A DNA stretch of 63,631 nt, the filler included, from Folioceros fuciformis (Eukaryota), in the NCBI GenBank assembly GCA_049999805.1. It is 5 parts of 5 records of this genome, joined end to end, with 100 filler letters (N's around TTAATTAATTAA, not from the genome) between each part and the next. Parts side by side here need not be neighbours in the genome. Positions count along the whole stretch, not along the records: positions 41,589 to 60,080 come from JBNGIO010004474.1; positions 60,181 to 63,631 come from JBNGIO010004483.1; 3 more parts are not named here. The stretch is one strand, 5' to 3'. Numbering within the stretch: the first letter of the stretch is position 1; each line of letters opens with the position of its first letter. Under the pieces are notes generated by a model. The model had not been told where the DNA came from. It was given only the letters and a program-made list of their open reading frames with translations, and did no database searches. Shown piece by piece: positions 50,378 through 63,631 of this stretch. Position numbers and translations under genes: made by a program.

Positions 50378-53339
50378 TCATTCATTAATATTACATTGTT
50401 GCAGAACTGGGTGATCAAATCGGACATACTTGGTCCAATAAGACTTGTACTTCGACATGCCTATCTCTAACCAAGGTTTGTAATTGCCATTGTAATGCAC
50501 AACAGCCGCGGCCTCAACCTCCTCCTTGTCGATGCTTGGGTTGTAACCCAGCCCCAACACATGCCAGAACTTATCTAGTGGCTGCGTGAGATTGTAGAAT
50601 GTGATCAGACCAGGAGGTAGTGTTCCCAACTTCCACAGAAGCCTATCCTCGTTCTTCATACACCAAGACAGAAGACAAGTCAGGAACGGACCGCCATCAA
50701 GCCACTGTCACGAGAAAAGGACAGGAGGAAAACGCGCAAAGAAAGTGCCAAAATCGCTTTAGGCGACTACGGAAACAGTCTCAGCAAGCTTACCAGGTTT
50801 TGCCACCTGTGGTAAATTCCGGTGATGTCCCTCTTTTTCCACTCCTCCAAATCAAATACGTTCATACCATACGCCCAACCACAAGCGTTTGGATCAAAAT
50901 TTCTTGCTATCAGGGGATTGGAGAAATTCAAGTACTTGTCAAACCTATGGAAGCTAACCCCGCAAGTTTCAACAGCACCATTTACGTTGCCGTTCAAATC
51001 CACACTCCACAGAGCAGTCAGATCTTGTTGAACTACAATGTCATCATCAAGAAAGACTATCTTGTCCAGTTTGGGATACACTTCTGGAAGATAGAACCGC
51101 AAATGGTTTAGCATGGACAAGTACTTGGGATTGCGGTACTTCAAGTTGGAAGAACCTGCTGCCAGAGTGGTCGGTTCTGACTTAAAATAGTACTCTTTCA
51201 TAGCAGCTGACTCCAGTTGCCGCAGCACTGGACAATAAGTAGAATTCAACCATTTGAAATCATCAACATTCTCAACAGAAATAGTTGCTTTGCCGGGTGG
51301 ATTTGCTAGAAACCACATTCTCATGGCCCCGTAGTTGAGCTTATCTGTCACTAAATGGAACACATGTTTTTCGGGGTCCTGCAACAAACAGACAACGGAG
51401 GTAAGGGAAATACTCTTCAAAAGAAAGGATCCTGAGGGGCACAATTGAGTGGCCATGACATACCTCCGCATTGCTGACTGTAGAGTTAACCACCACGGAC
51501 ACTGCCAGGATGTTGTCAGAAAACAGGGCATAATGATAAAGTGATGTATCCTCCAGCCTTTCCTTGTGTGGAAACTCTTGGCTGCTTGGAGGGAGTTGAT
51601 AATAGTCGACGGTCAGCTGCATCGAGAGGCAATGCAGCCCCTTGGGAATGGTCTTTGCAGCTAATTGGTTCAAGAAGGTATTCTGCTTCTTCAGATTCCG
51701 CCCTTGCTCTTCAGCCAGCTGGACCATAGCCCTTAATTTTTTAACGATTGGAGTGCAGTCATTGTGCCGATCTCGCGCTTTGGACAGAACCTGACCCATC
51801 AATTTAACCCTTTCATTCGCACTGCACCAGGAGTCAGCCAGGACCAGCTTCGGTCAGAAGATTGCAACGATTGCAGGGTGCACCCTCTTCCCCACAAACA
51901 AAGCATAATGCACTCCCAGGAGAAGCGAACATACCCGGGTAGCAACTCAACATCAACACTGGATTCGCCAAGAATGCGCTGACTCTCCTTCATGCGAAGC
52001 TTGAGTTCCCGCACAAGATTAGGGTCCTGATGCGCCTGCGCAATGGTTGCATATACCCTTGCCATAATCAGCTGATCTCTCATCAAACGGACCAAAGAAT
52101 CTGCATTCTCATTTTCTGGCCTCCATATGCTATGCTTTCCACCTATCCCTTGCAAAGTGCTCTGATTTGAATAGCCATGTGTGTTCTCAAGCAGATATCT
52201 CAACCTTTCTTCCTGTCTATGCTGTCTGATTTGCTGCAAAAACAGGAATGGTGCAATCGTGTTGGGATGAGAGACATGGAGCAACCGGGGGGACTTTGAG
52301 AAGCGCGTGACGGTAGAGAAATTAGAATCATGATACACACAAACCAAGGCTGACGTGCGGCATACCCGAGTCATCACCTGACCAGCATTGGTCAATGCAG
52401 TCACCTCACTTCTCACCGAGTCCGTTGCGATGCCTGAAAATTAGGTCGAAGTCAGTCCGAAAGCACAGGACAAACTCCACACACAAGGCTTCGAAACACA
52501 GGTTTGCGACAGACTTCAACCTTCAGATGCAAGCTGGTGTAGGTTCTCATGTCCAACATTCGCGCGAGCACTCTCCGCCTTCCTTTCCACAAGCCAGGAG
52601 GAAGCTTGCTGGTTCCCATTTCCCAAGTTCCAGCTCAATCTCGACTCCTCGCCACCCTCATTCAGGGTCTGCACTGCACCCAAACCAGTGAGAATTTTCA
52701 CGGACGGAATCAATCGTGCGCAGCGCAACCCTTTCCCTCCCGGACCTCACCTCCGCAGCCAATTGCCCGTCCGATTGCTCACCCAACAGCCCGGTACCAA
52801 AACGAGCCTGTTCCCCCCGCCAACACATGTAACATGCATGTAAGAACGTGGTCCCCGCCCCCGGACAAACAGCTCCAACAGGAAAAACGTCAGCCAGCAA
52901 GGGAATCCGGGCACAGCACTGCTCACCTCCTGNNNNNNNNNNNNNNNNNNNNNNNNNNNNNNNNNNNNNNNNNNNNNNNNNNNNNNNNNNNNNNNNNNNN
53001 NNNNNNNNNNNNNNNNNNNNNNNNNNNNNNNNCTCACCTCCTGACGTCCGTCGGGCAAGTCCTTGAGGCCTGCAAAGAAACAGCATCCGCGCGCCGAGCG
53101 GGGGGTTAAAACAGCAGCGGCAGCAGGAGCAGCCCAGTGCGCACTTTGAGCAAACCAACTTGCACGCAGCCACGGCCGCGGCCTAGCCATAACTCACCTT
53201 GTCGGGTGCTGAAACTGCCAGATCTCTGACTCCAAGACAGGAAAGAGAGGCACCCGAAGAAGAGCAACGCAAGCAGGTACAATCGGCTGCATCTACAAGA
53301 CAGGTAAGCAGCATTTGCTGCTCCCCGCTTCACGGGCAT
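50378..53339 (-). CDS. GAUT: Galacturonosyltransferase (GT8, GAUT1-like), type II membrane protein
   Basis: N-terminal TM segment; DQLIMARVYA; PKGLHCLSMQLT; YHYALFSDN; KYRNPKYLSMLNHLRFYLPE..VFLDDDIVVQ; LWKLGTLPPGLITFY..HYNGNYKPWL. Confidence 0.95.
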
Positions 53340-55201
53340 CCTATCCTTCAATGCACGGCGACGGCGCGCTCCGGCATCAGCAGCATGAGGGGGAGCAGCG
53401 GCGAGCGGGAGCGGCGCGGGTCAGGGCAGTAGACTCGCCATGCGGGCACAACATTTGGCGCGGACGCCGCAGCGCAGGGCATCCGGGCGCCTCCGATCTT
53501 GCAGCGCGGGGCGCGCATTCAGCACCATGGCGGGCCGCCGGCATGCAGGCACCCTCGCTCGCCACCGGCCGTAGCCCAGGCTCCAGCGGCAAACACAAGC
53601 AGGGCGACGAGATTTGGTGGCCGCAAACAGCACCAGCAACAGTACCAGGCGTTGCAGGCGCAGCAAACACTGGCACGATCGGAAATCGGCTGGCAGCAGC
53701 TACCCACGGCGGGAAGCGCGGGGGGCCTAGGCAGGAGCAGGAGACACGCTTGCCCCGCTGGCATTGCCACACGACTTGCCACCTTCATCACTTTCGACAA
53801 CCCCGTTCCCATTGGCCCGTACTGTCCGCTTACCCATCCATCCGCTGTCCAGTTTTCTGCTCTCGCAGTTCAGAATAGCCCCGGGATTCGAGCAACTCTA
53901 GTTACTGCACCCGACAGAAAGTAGAAAGACCCGCCTGACAACACTACATGCTGTAGGTCTCAACCAGTAAACACCTCGCCCGAATGCATGAACCCGGAGA
54001 TATCCAGGAAAACGCTCTACTTCCAGAAGCAACTCAAAATTTAGTATATATATATATTATTTTAAACAGAGAATATTATCCATTAAAAATCATCAAAATT
54101 AATATAAGAACGTAGTGGATGCTGACCGCACTTGATGCTGGTATGTTGACCTTCCTTCCAACTTCTTATTATCCCACCAAAACTGTTCTATGCAAACATT
54201 ACTAAAGTTCAGTCATTACAACAGGTTGTCATGAATCGAAAACAAAACAATTCATATTCATGAATGAGAGATAATATTAACTTTTATTATGAATGAGATG
54301 TGTGGATAGCATGAAATACATATTACGGTTAGCATATATAAATGTGGCCGTATCGTGGACAACGAGTTTATGGCTTTAAACCCTAATTTTATCTAAACTT
54401 TGTATAAGACTTTTAACTTGACAATCCCAACAATTACGCTCGACAAGATAACATCATTTCCAACTCCTCTCGTAGTCAATGGCTAAGTGGGTCGGCCTAG
54501 CCTCGACAACCTAAGGCCCGATCTCCTCTCATCACCAAGAGGCATGGCCCAAGCCCCAGCTCAAGCTCAAGCTCAAGCTCAAAAAGCTAGGCTAAGCCCA
54601 AGCTCACCAGGCCAGGCTACAGATGATCCCGGGATACACCTACGAGGTTGGGATCGACAATGAGCTAGCCTTACTTATAGGGCCAACCATTAAGAAGAGC
54701 CCACAAGGCTAGAATCAAATTAGCCTTGCAAGGCCAACCCAAAAGGCAAGCTCGCAAAGCTAGGATCAATCTAGCTTTGTCTAAGCTAACCCACGAGGCT
54801 AAGATCAAGTTTGCTTCTTCGAGCCAACCAAATAGACAAGCTCATTATGCCAAGATCATGTTGGTCTCGCTAGGGCCAGCCACAAGGCTGAGGTTAGGCT
54901 GGCCAACCATGAGGATAACAATTATAATAACCACATGCTTTCATGGAGATTGAAATAGGAAGGTATGGGTAATAGAAAAAAGTTAGCATGCTAGCACCCT
55001 TGCTATTGCCCTTATTTGTTGATAGGCATAGTGACGAGGAAAGGGGAAGGGGCTTTGGGGTGGTAGTATGCATGCCTTTTTGCCCCCCTTTCACCCCATC
55101 TCACTCAATAAGAAACGAGAGCTTGCCCTCCCCCATGGATAGTGTGTAATCAAAAAAGTGTTGTGCTTTGCCCCAAATATCGTGCTCATGCATGATTCAT
55201 T

Positions 55202-55489
55202 TGTTAATAATATTCACATCACACACATACTATGTAACGTTTTACAGAATGCGTGTATGTATTAACGGCACACACGTTCCAGCTTCTTGGAGAGTTACAC
55301 TCGGGCGTGCATGCACGATGAAGTGTAGCAGTTAGAGACGGTTAGTTCGGTTTCTTGGCATGTAACCTAACTACGATTATAATCGTCTATGTAACCTAAC
55401 TTAATAGATAAGGAACTATATTTATATATATTTATTATCTATCTATATAAACCTAACCTACGAGGGTGCGAACATTAATCCTCCCAACA
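55202..55489 (-). repeat. Candidate 3' LTR of the copia element
   Basis: Purine tract AAGTGGGGG immediately precedes TGTTGGGAG on the minus strand. TGTT...AACA termini. The 55202 boundary is inferred. Confidence 0.6.
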
Positions 55490-58250
55490 CCCCCACTTGA
55501 GCTCCTTCATAGTCTAGGGTTTTGATGACAACTTTACCCCACCTTCTTTCCCTCTCCTGGCGACCGCTGCAAATCCTAATTACGCTCGTCGCCTGGATTG
55601 ATGGTTTGTTGACCAAGTTCATTACCGAGCTCGAAGTGTCGCGCGGCGCACCTTGCACAAACAACGGACTTCCACAACACCTAATCACACCTGCTCTTCT
55701 ATCCTGCACAATTCACACGGAGGTATCTCTCTCACATTCTCCACCTCGCAGCAACTGATGCACTGTTTGGAAAGCTGGCCAGAAAAAGATGTTGTGCCAT
55801 CTGTCAGCTGATCACTCCCTACAGCATCGAAGACCTAGTCTACTTGCATGTTTGCTATGCAACTCCTTCGACAGTGCCTTCGTCAATAGATCAGTAGGGT
55901 TTTCTGCTGTAGGAATGAACTGGATGCGCATTTGACCATCTGCTACAACTTCCCTTATGAAATGGTGATGGATTTCTATATGCTTTGTCTTGGAATGAAA
56001 TACTCAATTATATAAGAGGGCTATCGCTCCTTGATTGTCACAATGGATCACTGTTGCCTCGATTTGTGCCATGCCCACATCAGCTAAGTTCCTTCTGCAC
56101 CAAATCGCTTCCTTTGCAGCTACCATGAGTGCTGTATATTCCGCTTCTGTGCTGGAGGTAGAAATTGTGTTCTGCTTCTTGCTCATCCAACATATGGGAC
56201 CATTAGCTAACATGAACACGAATGCAGACAGCGACCTCCTGCTATCCAAGTCTGATGCCCAATCCGAGTCTGAGAACCCTTCCAAGGTAAGCAGACTCCC
56301 TTCAGCTCCTGCATACGTAATGCCCTATGTGGGCGTTTGTTTTAAATACCTGAAGGTTCTTTTCACCTGACTCCAGTGTTCAGGACTTGGTTTTTCCAGA
56401 TACTGCGACTCCAAACTAACCGAGAATGCTATGTCTGGTCGAGAGCCGTTTGCTAAGTAAATCAGTGTCCCCACTGCATGCCTGTACGGGGTCCTTGCCA
56501 TCTCCTCTGTCTCTTCTGGTGTGAGGGCAGTCTGACTCCGTGTGAGCTTTACACCAGTAGCAAGCGGGGTAGCTGACCCATTCGCATTTTCCAGGTTGAA
56601 TTTCTTTAAGCTATCTCATACATACTTGTGTTGGCAAATGGTCAACTTCCTAACACTTCTCTCTCTGCTTATCTCAATCCCCACACACCAAGTGAGCTCT
56701 CCTAGCTCAGTCATCTCGAATTCTTTCCTGAGGAGTACTTTGACCTTTTGCAACAGGCTGCACCTACCCTTGGTTGCAGCCAAAACCAGGTCGTCAACGT
56801 ACAGCAGCAGGATCAAGAATGCTTCTCCTTCACTCATGACATACAAACCTGGGTCTGCAGTACCCTGCTTGAAGCCCAGCTTTTCCAGGTAAGCGTCTAT
56901 ACGCTGGTTCCAAGCCCATGGGCTTTGCTTTAGCCCGTACAGGGTTTTTACCAAATTACATACTAAGTGCTCTGTTCCAGGTTTGATGTATCCCTCCGGC
57001 TGCTCCATATACAACTCTTCTTCAAGTTTGCCATGCAGGAAGGGTGTTTTCACGTCCATCTACTCCAAATCAAGGGCCAGGTGTGCTGCTCGTGCCAGCA
57101 CCATCCTTAAAGTCCACTCCTGGAATCTAAGAGAATCCTCGGGCAACCAGCCGTGCCTTATACCTTTCTATGCTGCCATCAGCTTTCATTTTTCTCTTAA
57201 AGACCCACTTGCACGAAATCGGCTTTCGTCCTTTCGGTAACTCAACCAGCACCCAAGTTCCAAACTGAATTATTGAGGCATATTCATCGTCGACAGCTCT
57301 CTTCCATTGTTTGGCTTCTGGCCCTGAGTACGCTTGTGTCAGTGATACAGGTTCAGTCGAGTGTATTGTGGCTGTCAGCAACGCTTGGACAAAGCCATTC
57401 GAGGGCTGGGAATCTTCTAGAGTTTTTGCATTGTCACTTGACTGTTCATCTGCTAATTGTACACCCATTGAGAATTGCTCAGAGGTAACTAGAATGTCTG
57501 CAACTCTGGCCCTTGACCCTTTCACTTTTGCTTTAGACTTGTTCGTATGCCAGTCCTCCATCTCCAGCGGGGGTTCCTTCTAGGGAATGTTCCGACTTCT
57601 GAGATTGTAACCACTTCTTGGTTCAGCTGCAGGAGCTTCCTCCACTTTCGGTATTTCACCATCAAGCATATCCTCATCTGCCTGCTGAGCCAAGCCAAAG
57701 TTGTCCACAGTGTTGCTGTCAACATCAGCCTCTTCATCTTCAGGTGCAAGAGTTCCTTCAGCCTGTTCGAAGTAGGATACTTCTGAATCTGTTGTTTCAG
57801 CATAACCTCTTGCAGGAGACCACTCGTGGGCATCTTCATCCTTGAAGTCGAGCTGATCACCTACCCCATCATCAGAACCCGCATTGGAATAAGGTAATGC
57901 AGTGCCCGATGGTTTCAACACACTTCTCTCATCAAAAACTACGCTCCTTGCATGACTAACAGCCCGAGACACAGGGTCATACAACTTATATGCTTTTATA
58001 CCATCTGTATAGCCAATGAAGACTAACTTTTGGGCCCTGTCTTGCAGCTTAGTTTTCCTCTTCCGTTTGGGAACAAACGTGTACGCTGGTGAACCAAAAA
58101 TGCGCAGATGCTGGATAGGTGGCTTCCATCCCCACCAGGCCTCAAATAGTGTAGTACTAGGTAGCACTCTCGTGAGCAATCTGTTCAGCAAGTAGTTTGC
58201 AGTATTTATGGCCTCCGCCTAGTAACTTCAAGGCAAATGTGCTTGCTTAA

Positions 58251-59547
58251 TATGGAGTGATTCCTTGCACACCCAAGAACCACCAAGGGGCCACACTTCC
58301 CCTTATTATCGTTGCAGTCTTATGATTCGCTCCCAAGGGAGTGAACTAATGTCCCTAATCTCCCTAATCTCACCTTATCTATCAGCATATACCAAGTGCT
58401 ACAGCAATAGGTTAGAATTCTCGGTCCTGTCTTCGGCTCCTACCACAACACCAACCCCAGCCTCAACAAAATGAGAACTCCAGAATTGTCTTCAGCCCTC
58501 GTTTCCAGCTCCAAGTTTCAATCACTTCAGTGCTAAGAGGAGGCTCCAGTCCCAAGTCTGGCCCCCAACTCTTAGCACCTAGTGCTAGCTACCTTCGCAT
58601 CTGAACGAGAACCTCAACTTCAGCTAGCTCCTCACTCCAACTTCAACACTTCATTCCACCACTTCAGCACTTCACCCCAACATTTTAGTCCTTCACTTCA
58701 GCACTTCACTTCACCCTCCAGCCCCTCACTTCGGCTCAATTCCTCACTTCAACACTTCCACTTCCAAAATCTGCAACTCCACCCTTCTCTCCTGCAATTT
58801 GGAATACAACAGCCTTCCCTCTTGCAGCCTTCAAGGCAGAGGCGAGGCCTAGGGCTGGGTAGCCTCCTTGGCTCACGGCCCTGCAACCTCACCTCAGCCA
58901 GCATGCAAGGTGGTCAGCCATTGCGGATCCGGCCACACGAATCTTGGCAGTCTTGGGATCCTCCACGTTCCCCTAGTGGCAAGGGAAATCAAGACCTTGG
59001 TTTAGTCTCAACCAGCTCAGCACCCTAAGCCAAGAGTTTTGCACCCAAGGTCTAGGGAAATCGCACCGTAGACAGCCCCCTCCTCAATGGCAAGTCTAGT
59101 CTCTTATACTACCTTGCCCCAAACCTCCATCTCTATCTATTAGGGTTAGCCTCAGTCAACCACCCAGCAATCTCTCTCTGACCTAAGCCGCCCCTAATTT
59201 TGACCTAAACCTAACTCTGACCTAACCCTAACTTTGACCCAAACCTAGTTCTAACCTAATAGGGGTTGTGTGCCATGGACATGGGTGCCCTTACCAAAAT
59301 TGACCAACCTCTCAAGACTACCCAAATGGTCAGTGCCTCTCAACACTCTCCCTCCTCTCTCAAATCATTCCATCCCTTCTCTCAGATCATTCCAGCAACC
59401 CTTCAAAGATGTGTCTTGCCTCACCATTAATCTAGCTACTAATCTAACCTAACCTTTTAACCATTTCACCACAGGGTTCACTTAGAGATTCCCAAAAAGA
59501 GAAATCCTACCATTTTCCAAGGACCTATTCAGCATGTGGAGTCCATA
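58251..59547. mobile_element. Solo LTR nested in the copia integrase
   Basis: Perfect TSD CTTAA at 58246-50 and 59548-52. Termini TATGGA...TCCATA. Removing it restores ETARALLK|QAHLP. Homologous to 7772-9995. Confidence 0.88.
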
Positions 59548-60080
59548 CTTAAGCAGAGCCCGAGCTGTCTCCTGCAGAAGCTGATTCTTCTTCTCAGCAA
59601 CCCCATTGAGTTGTGCAGTGTATGGTATAGTCAGCTGTCCTTAGATGCCGAGACCCCAACAATAAGTTTGAAATTCTCCAGAGGTATATTCCCCACCATT
59701 GTCGGATCGAAGGCATCGTAAGCTACGGCCATGATGACACTCTCCCAGCAACAAATAATCCTTAAAGTGCTGCAAAGTCTCACTTTTGTGTTTGAGAATG
59801 TACAGCATACAATAACGAGTGCAGTCATCGATAAAGGTTAAGAAGAAGGAGCCTCCACCAATAGACGGTACCGAGATGGGACCACAGATGTCCGAATGAA
59901 CTAGGTCCAACGGGGCAGCAGCCCGATATGCTCCAGACTTGTCAAACGGTAACTCATGGTGCTTTCCATATATGCATGCTTTGCACAGAGACAAATCCCC
60001 CACTTGATCTGGAATCCCATCTAAATACAATGTGCTTTTTGACATGGCCAGAAGCTTGCCACCATGAGGATGTCCACAAC

Positions 60081-60180
60081 NNNNNNNNNNNNNNNNNNNN
60101 NNNNNNNNNNNNNNNNNNNNNNNNTTAATTAATTAANNNNNNNNNNNNNNNNNNNNNNNNNNNNNNNNNNNNNNNNNNNN
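60081..60180. other. Artificial scaffold-joining spacer
   Basis: N-run + TTAATTAATTAA + N-run. Confidence 0.95.
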
Positions 60181-61073
60181 GTATTATAGAAGATGTTGTA
60201 AAAAGCATAGAGGTTTCGAAGACATACGTCATCTACAACAAAGTCTTCAACTTTACTAGTCTTCAACTTCTTAAAAGACATGCGATAAGTCATTGTCTCA
60301 AAGCTTCCTAGTTGCATTACTGACATGCGATAAGTCATTGTCTCAAAGCTTCCTAGTTGCAAACTAGAATTACTGATTATTTTTAACTACTAAAAATATA
60401 CCCTAAAACCCTAAACCCTCTTATATGTCTATATAAGAGNNNNNNNNNNNNNNNNNNNNNNNNNNNNNNNNNNNNNNNNNNNNNNNNNNNNNNNNNNNNN
60501 NNNNNNNNNNNNNNNNNNNNNNNNNNNNNNNNNNNNNNNCATATGTCCATTTATTTTAGAGAAACAAGATAGAAAAACTTATCTACCTCATCTACCCCAA
60601 AAGAAGGAGATAAATCGTGATTGAGATACTAAGAGCATGTATGATAAGTAAATCTTTTTTAGTGTTGCTTAAAGAAAATTCTCACTTTTAAACAACCATG
60701 TAGAGAGCTGCTTTAAGTTATTCTTAGTAAAATATAATATTCAAATTTTAAAAAAAAATCTTTAATCTTTAAAAAATAAAATATTTTTTATTCTCTGAAT
60801 TGAGAAAAATTAGATAGGTCACCTTTCTTGAAGAGACCTCTAAAATTATTTCCAATTGGTCTCAATTAAGGAGAGTCAATTGTATATTATTCTACTATGC
60901 ATCAAGACTTACCCCAACATGGAATTGAAGAGCTCAAAAATTATTATTTAACCATTGCGTTTCCATAGAGCTTAAATACTTGTTAATTTAGTTAATTTTA
61001 ATTTAGTCATATAAACTTTTTACTGTAGTTTTGGAGTGTAGTCAACTCCTCGAATGATACTAGACACGTATCG

Positions 61074-61174
61074 GTTGGTCCAAATATTGTCAAATTAAGT
61101 GTTAAGTACATGTTGGTCCAAATATTATCAAATTAAGTGTTAAGTACATGTTGGTCCAAATATTGTCAAATTAA
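61074..61174. repeat. Tandem repeat of about 38 bp running into a gap
   Basis: GTTGGTCCAAATATTGTCAAATTAAGTGTTAAGTACAT, about 2.6 copies. Confidence 0.85.
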
Positions 61175-62099
61175 NNNNNNNNNNNNNNNNNNNNNNNNNN
61201 NNNNNNNNNNNNNNNNNNNNNNNNNNNNNNNNNNNNNNNNNNNNNNNNNNNNNNNNNNNNNNNNNNNNNNNNNNAAATCATGTTTTAATTCAATGAACAT
61301 GGCATCTTAAGAAACAATCTTTAAGTGTTAACCTAGAAAGAAATGCTTCAAGCATAACGCTTATGAAAAGATCTTGAAGTATTAACCTAGAAAGAAATGC
61401 TTCAAGCATATATGCGTATAGTTTTTATAAATCTTTCATAAACATATTGGTTGCAAAGATTTTGCAATGTACTTCTGTATGCATGATCTTATTTAGCAAC
61501 AACTTGATTTGTACCTATATGTATTTGAGTTTTATAATTTGATATACACAAAAGAACATCCTAGGGATCTCCTATTGGCTTGGTCAATAGCTTAAGACAT
61601 CACATCATCAATAACATCAATCAATTTAATTAATTTCATCATTTGTGATGAACCTTGTAACCACTTTGTAACCGCTTGTGCTATAAGAGCACCTGCTCTA
61701 GCACCATAATGTAAGTTCTTGTGTGCAAGAGAGCAATTTGTGATTCTCATCAAAACCATCATTCAAAAACAAGAAATTTTGCATTATACAATACAGAGAT
61801 TGAAAGAAATGAAACTAAAGTGACTGAAATTAAAAGATTTTTGTGCAAGGAAAGACAAAAAGAAGAAAGTAAATTCTTATGAAGAATCCAACTAGGACTG
61901 TAGATAATCAAAGAGTTGAAAGCGGCAAAGGTCATTGAGCTTAGGGATATGGAAGAAGAAAAACAAAGGAAAGTAAAAGCAGCATAATCCAAGAGAAAAA
62001 TGTAACAAGCACGAATGTACACAAAAGCATGACAAAAGAAAAAAAAGTGGATTTGAATTCAGTATCAAAAGTATGAATACAACTTGGAGAGGCAAGCCT

Positions 62100-62800
62100 C
62101 TTGTAAGAGAATAGGATGGCTTTGGAATAGGATGGCAAAGCCAAAATAAAATATGCAATCCTTGTGGAAATCCTTAGAGATGAGACACATTACCTTTGTT
62201 TTGTTGAGGTTAAAGGTAAGGCCCTTAGCTTTGCATAAGGTGAAGAGGATATCAAGTTGTTGTTGGAGGCCCACCAAAGAATGTGAAATAAGTACAATAT
62301 CATTTACATATAGGAAAATAGAATTAGTCTTGAGGAACATATGAACACCTAAACCACCACAATCATGAGCAAAGCCTCCAACTCATCAACGTACAACCCA
62401 AACAAGTTCAATAATAAAGAATCACCCTTACAAACTCCAAGTTGAATTGGAATTTGATAAGCATAAAGGCTGTACATTCCTAGAGATGTCAATCTATAAA
62501 TTAGTTTGTCTTAAGGCACAGAGTTGAAAGCTATCTTAAAATCCACAATGTAGCAGTAATTTGGCTTTTTTAAATGATGATCTTCGTCAATAATGACACA
62601 AAGAGTAAAAATATTGTACAAGGTCTGTTGGCCAAGGCAAAAACCCAATTGGCCATGTGTATGTTTCTTGGTTGTCTTACCCCTAGATGTGGTGAGAACT
62701 TCCAATCAAGAGCTAAAGATTTTGGTATACATGAATTCTAATGTGATAAATATATAATTAGATGGGAGATTAGGATCTCTAACCTTGTGAGCAAAGCGTA
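62100..62800 (-). mobile_element. Degenerate LINE reverse-transcriptase remnant
   Basis: GQLGF..IFTL..VDFKIAFNSVP; GVCKGDSL..LFGLYVDEL; LYVNDIVL..GLQQQL..GLTFNLNKTKVM. Confidence 0.8.
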
Positions 62801-63631
62801 AAAGATCACATGAAATACAAGCTAGCGGTGAAAAGTGTCTTCTCCTCCAACCTTGCTATTGATCCCCCTTGTTGTTCATCCCCCTTGCTATTGAAACACA
62901 TAGGGCCATGGGTAAGGATTTTTCTAGGTTTTGAAGACATGCACGAAGGCCTATAACATCAGCAAGAGCAGCGTAGGGCTTTCCTTATCCGACGTGGCGG
63001 CGTAGGGCTTTCCTTATCTGACGTGGTGGCATTTTTCCGGCAACGGGTTTTGATTGCGCTACAAAAGATCTTGGCAAACGTGATTTTTCAGACAATATCA
63101 AGCACTATGGATGCAGCTTTAGTGGGCTTAGTGGTAAGTAGGCCATACCTTATACCTGAATGTGACATACGGGTAAGGTTGTGACATCTTAAAGGCGATA
63201 ACGACATACGGGTAAGGTGGACGAGACGATTAGGCCCCCATTCTTGGCTTTTCCCCATTGCAGGTTGTGACAAGAATTAAAATTTATTTTCTTTATAAAA
63301 AAATCAATACTTAGATGGAATAATACCTAAAGGGAAGATGCTGTATGGGACACGTAACTAAGTATATTCCACGACAAAAAAACCATCTTTAGTGGACTCT
63401 AACATAATTCTTCCCTAGAAAAGTCTTAATGGTGCTGTTAAAGAATGACGCTTATGTCTGGTCGGTCGTTAGTAAGCATAGAAAACGAACTTGAACCCTG
63501 CTCAAACACTCACGCTGCCCAACAAAGGAAGACAGTGGAAGAATGTGCCATCGCCGCAACTCGAGGGTTGGCCGGGCCAATGGAAATTTCAATCCAGGTT
63601 GCGGCCGGAGAAGATGAGAGCACAATTTCCC

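Larger units (their letters stand above)
55202..60080 (-). mobile_element. Degenerate Ty1/copia LTR retrotransposon, 5' part lost at the scaffold end
   Basis: Domain order integrase (LDLVHSDICGP, LRSDNGGEY), RT (ERYKARLVARGF, LYGLKQSP, LYVDDL), RNase H (SDSDWA, STEAEY, CDNQGA). Stops and frameshifts present. Confidence 0.95.

Overview
Eukaryotic land-plant nuclear DNA, not prokaryotic. The window is five scaffolds joined by artificial N44-TTAATTAATTAA-N44 spacers (segments 1-10282, 10383-22749, 22850-41488, 41589-60080, 60181-63631), so adjacency across spacers is not biological. Compact GC-rich genes with short introns plus a DYW:KP-type PPR relic suggest a hornwort-like lineage with U-to-C organellar editing (inference). 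Intact-looking genes: GNA-type lectin, Sec14/CRAL-TRIO protein, tRNA-Val(AAC), proteasome assembly chaperone 3, a plant-specific unknown protein, eIF3d, ABHD18-like hydrolase, NAD+ carrier, an EPF/EPFL peptide with Stomagen-like traits, an AT-rich Elongin-B-like gene with a large Lys-rich insertion, GH20 hexosaminidase, CDP-DAG synthase and a GT8 galacturonosyltransferase. Decayed material: two PPR pseudogenes, a Ty1/copia element with a nested solo LTR, a second solo LTR of the same family, pogo-like, CACTA, CRE-like, gypsy and LINE relics, and a ParB/Srx-like relic. The best leads are the Stomagen-like peptide, the split Elongin-B-like protein, the DYW:KP relic and the ParB-like relic. All family calls come from motif recognition, not database searches.
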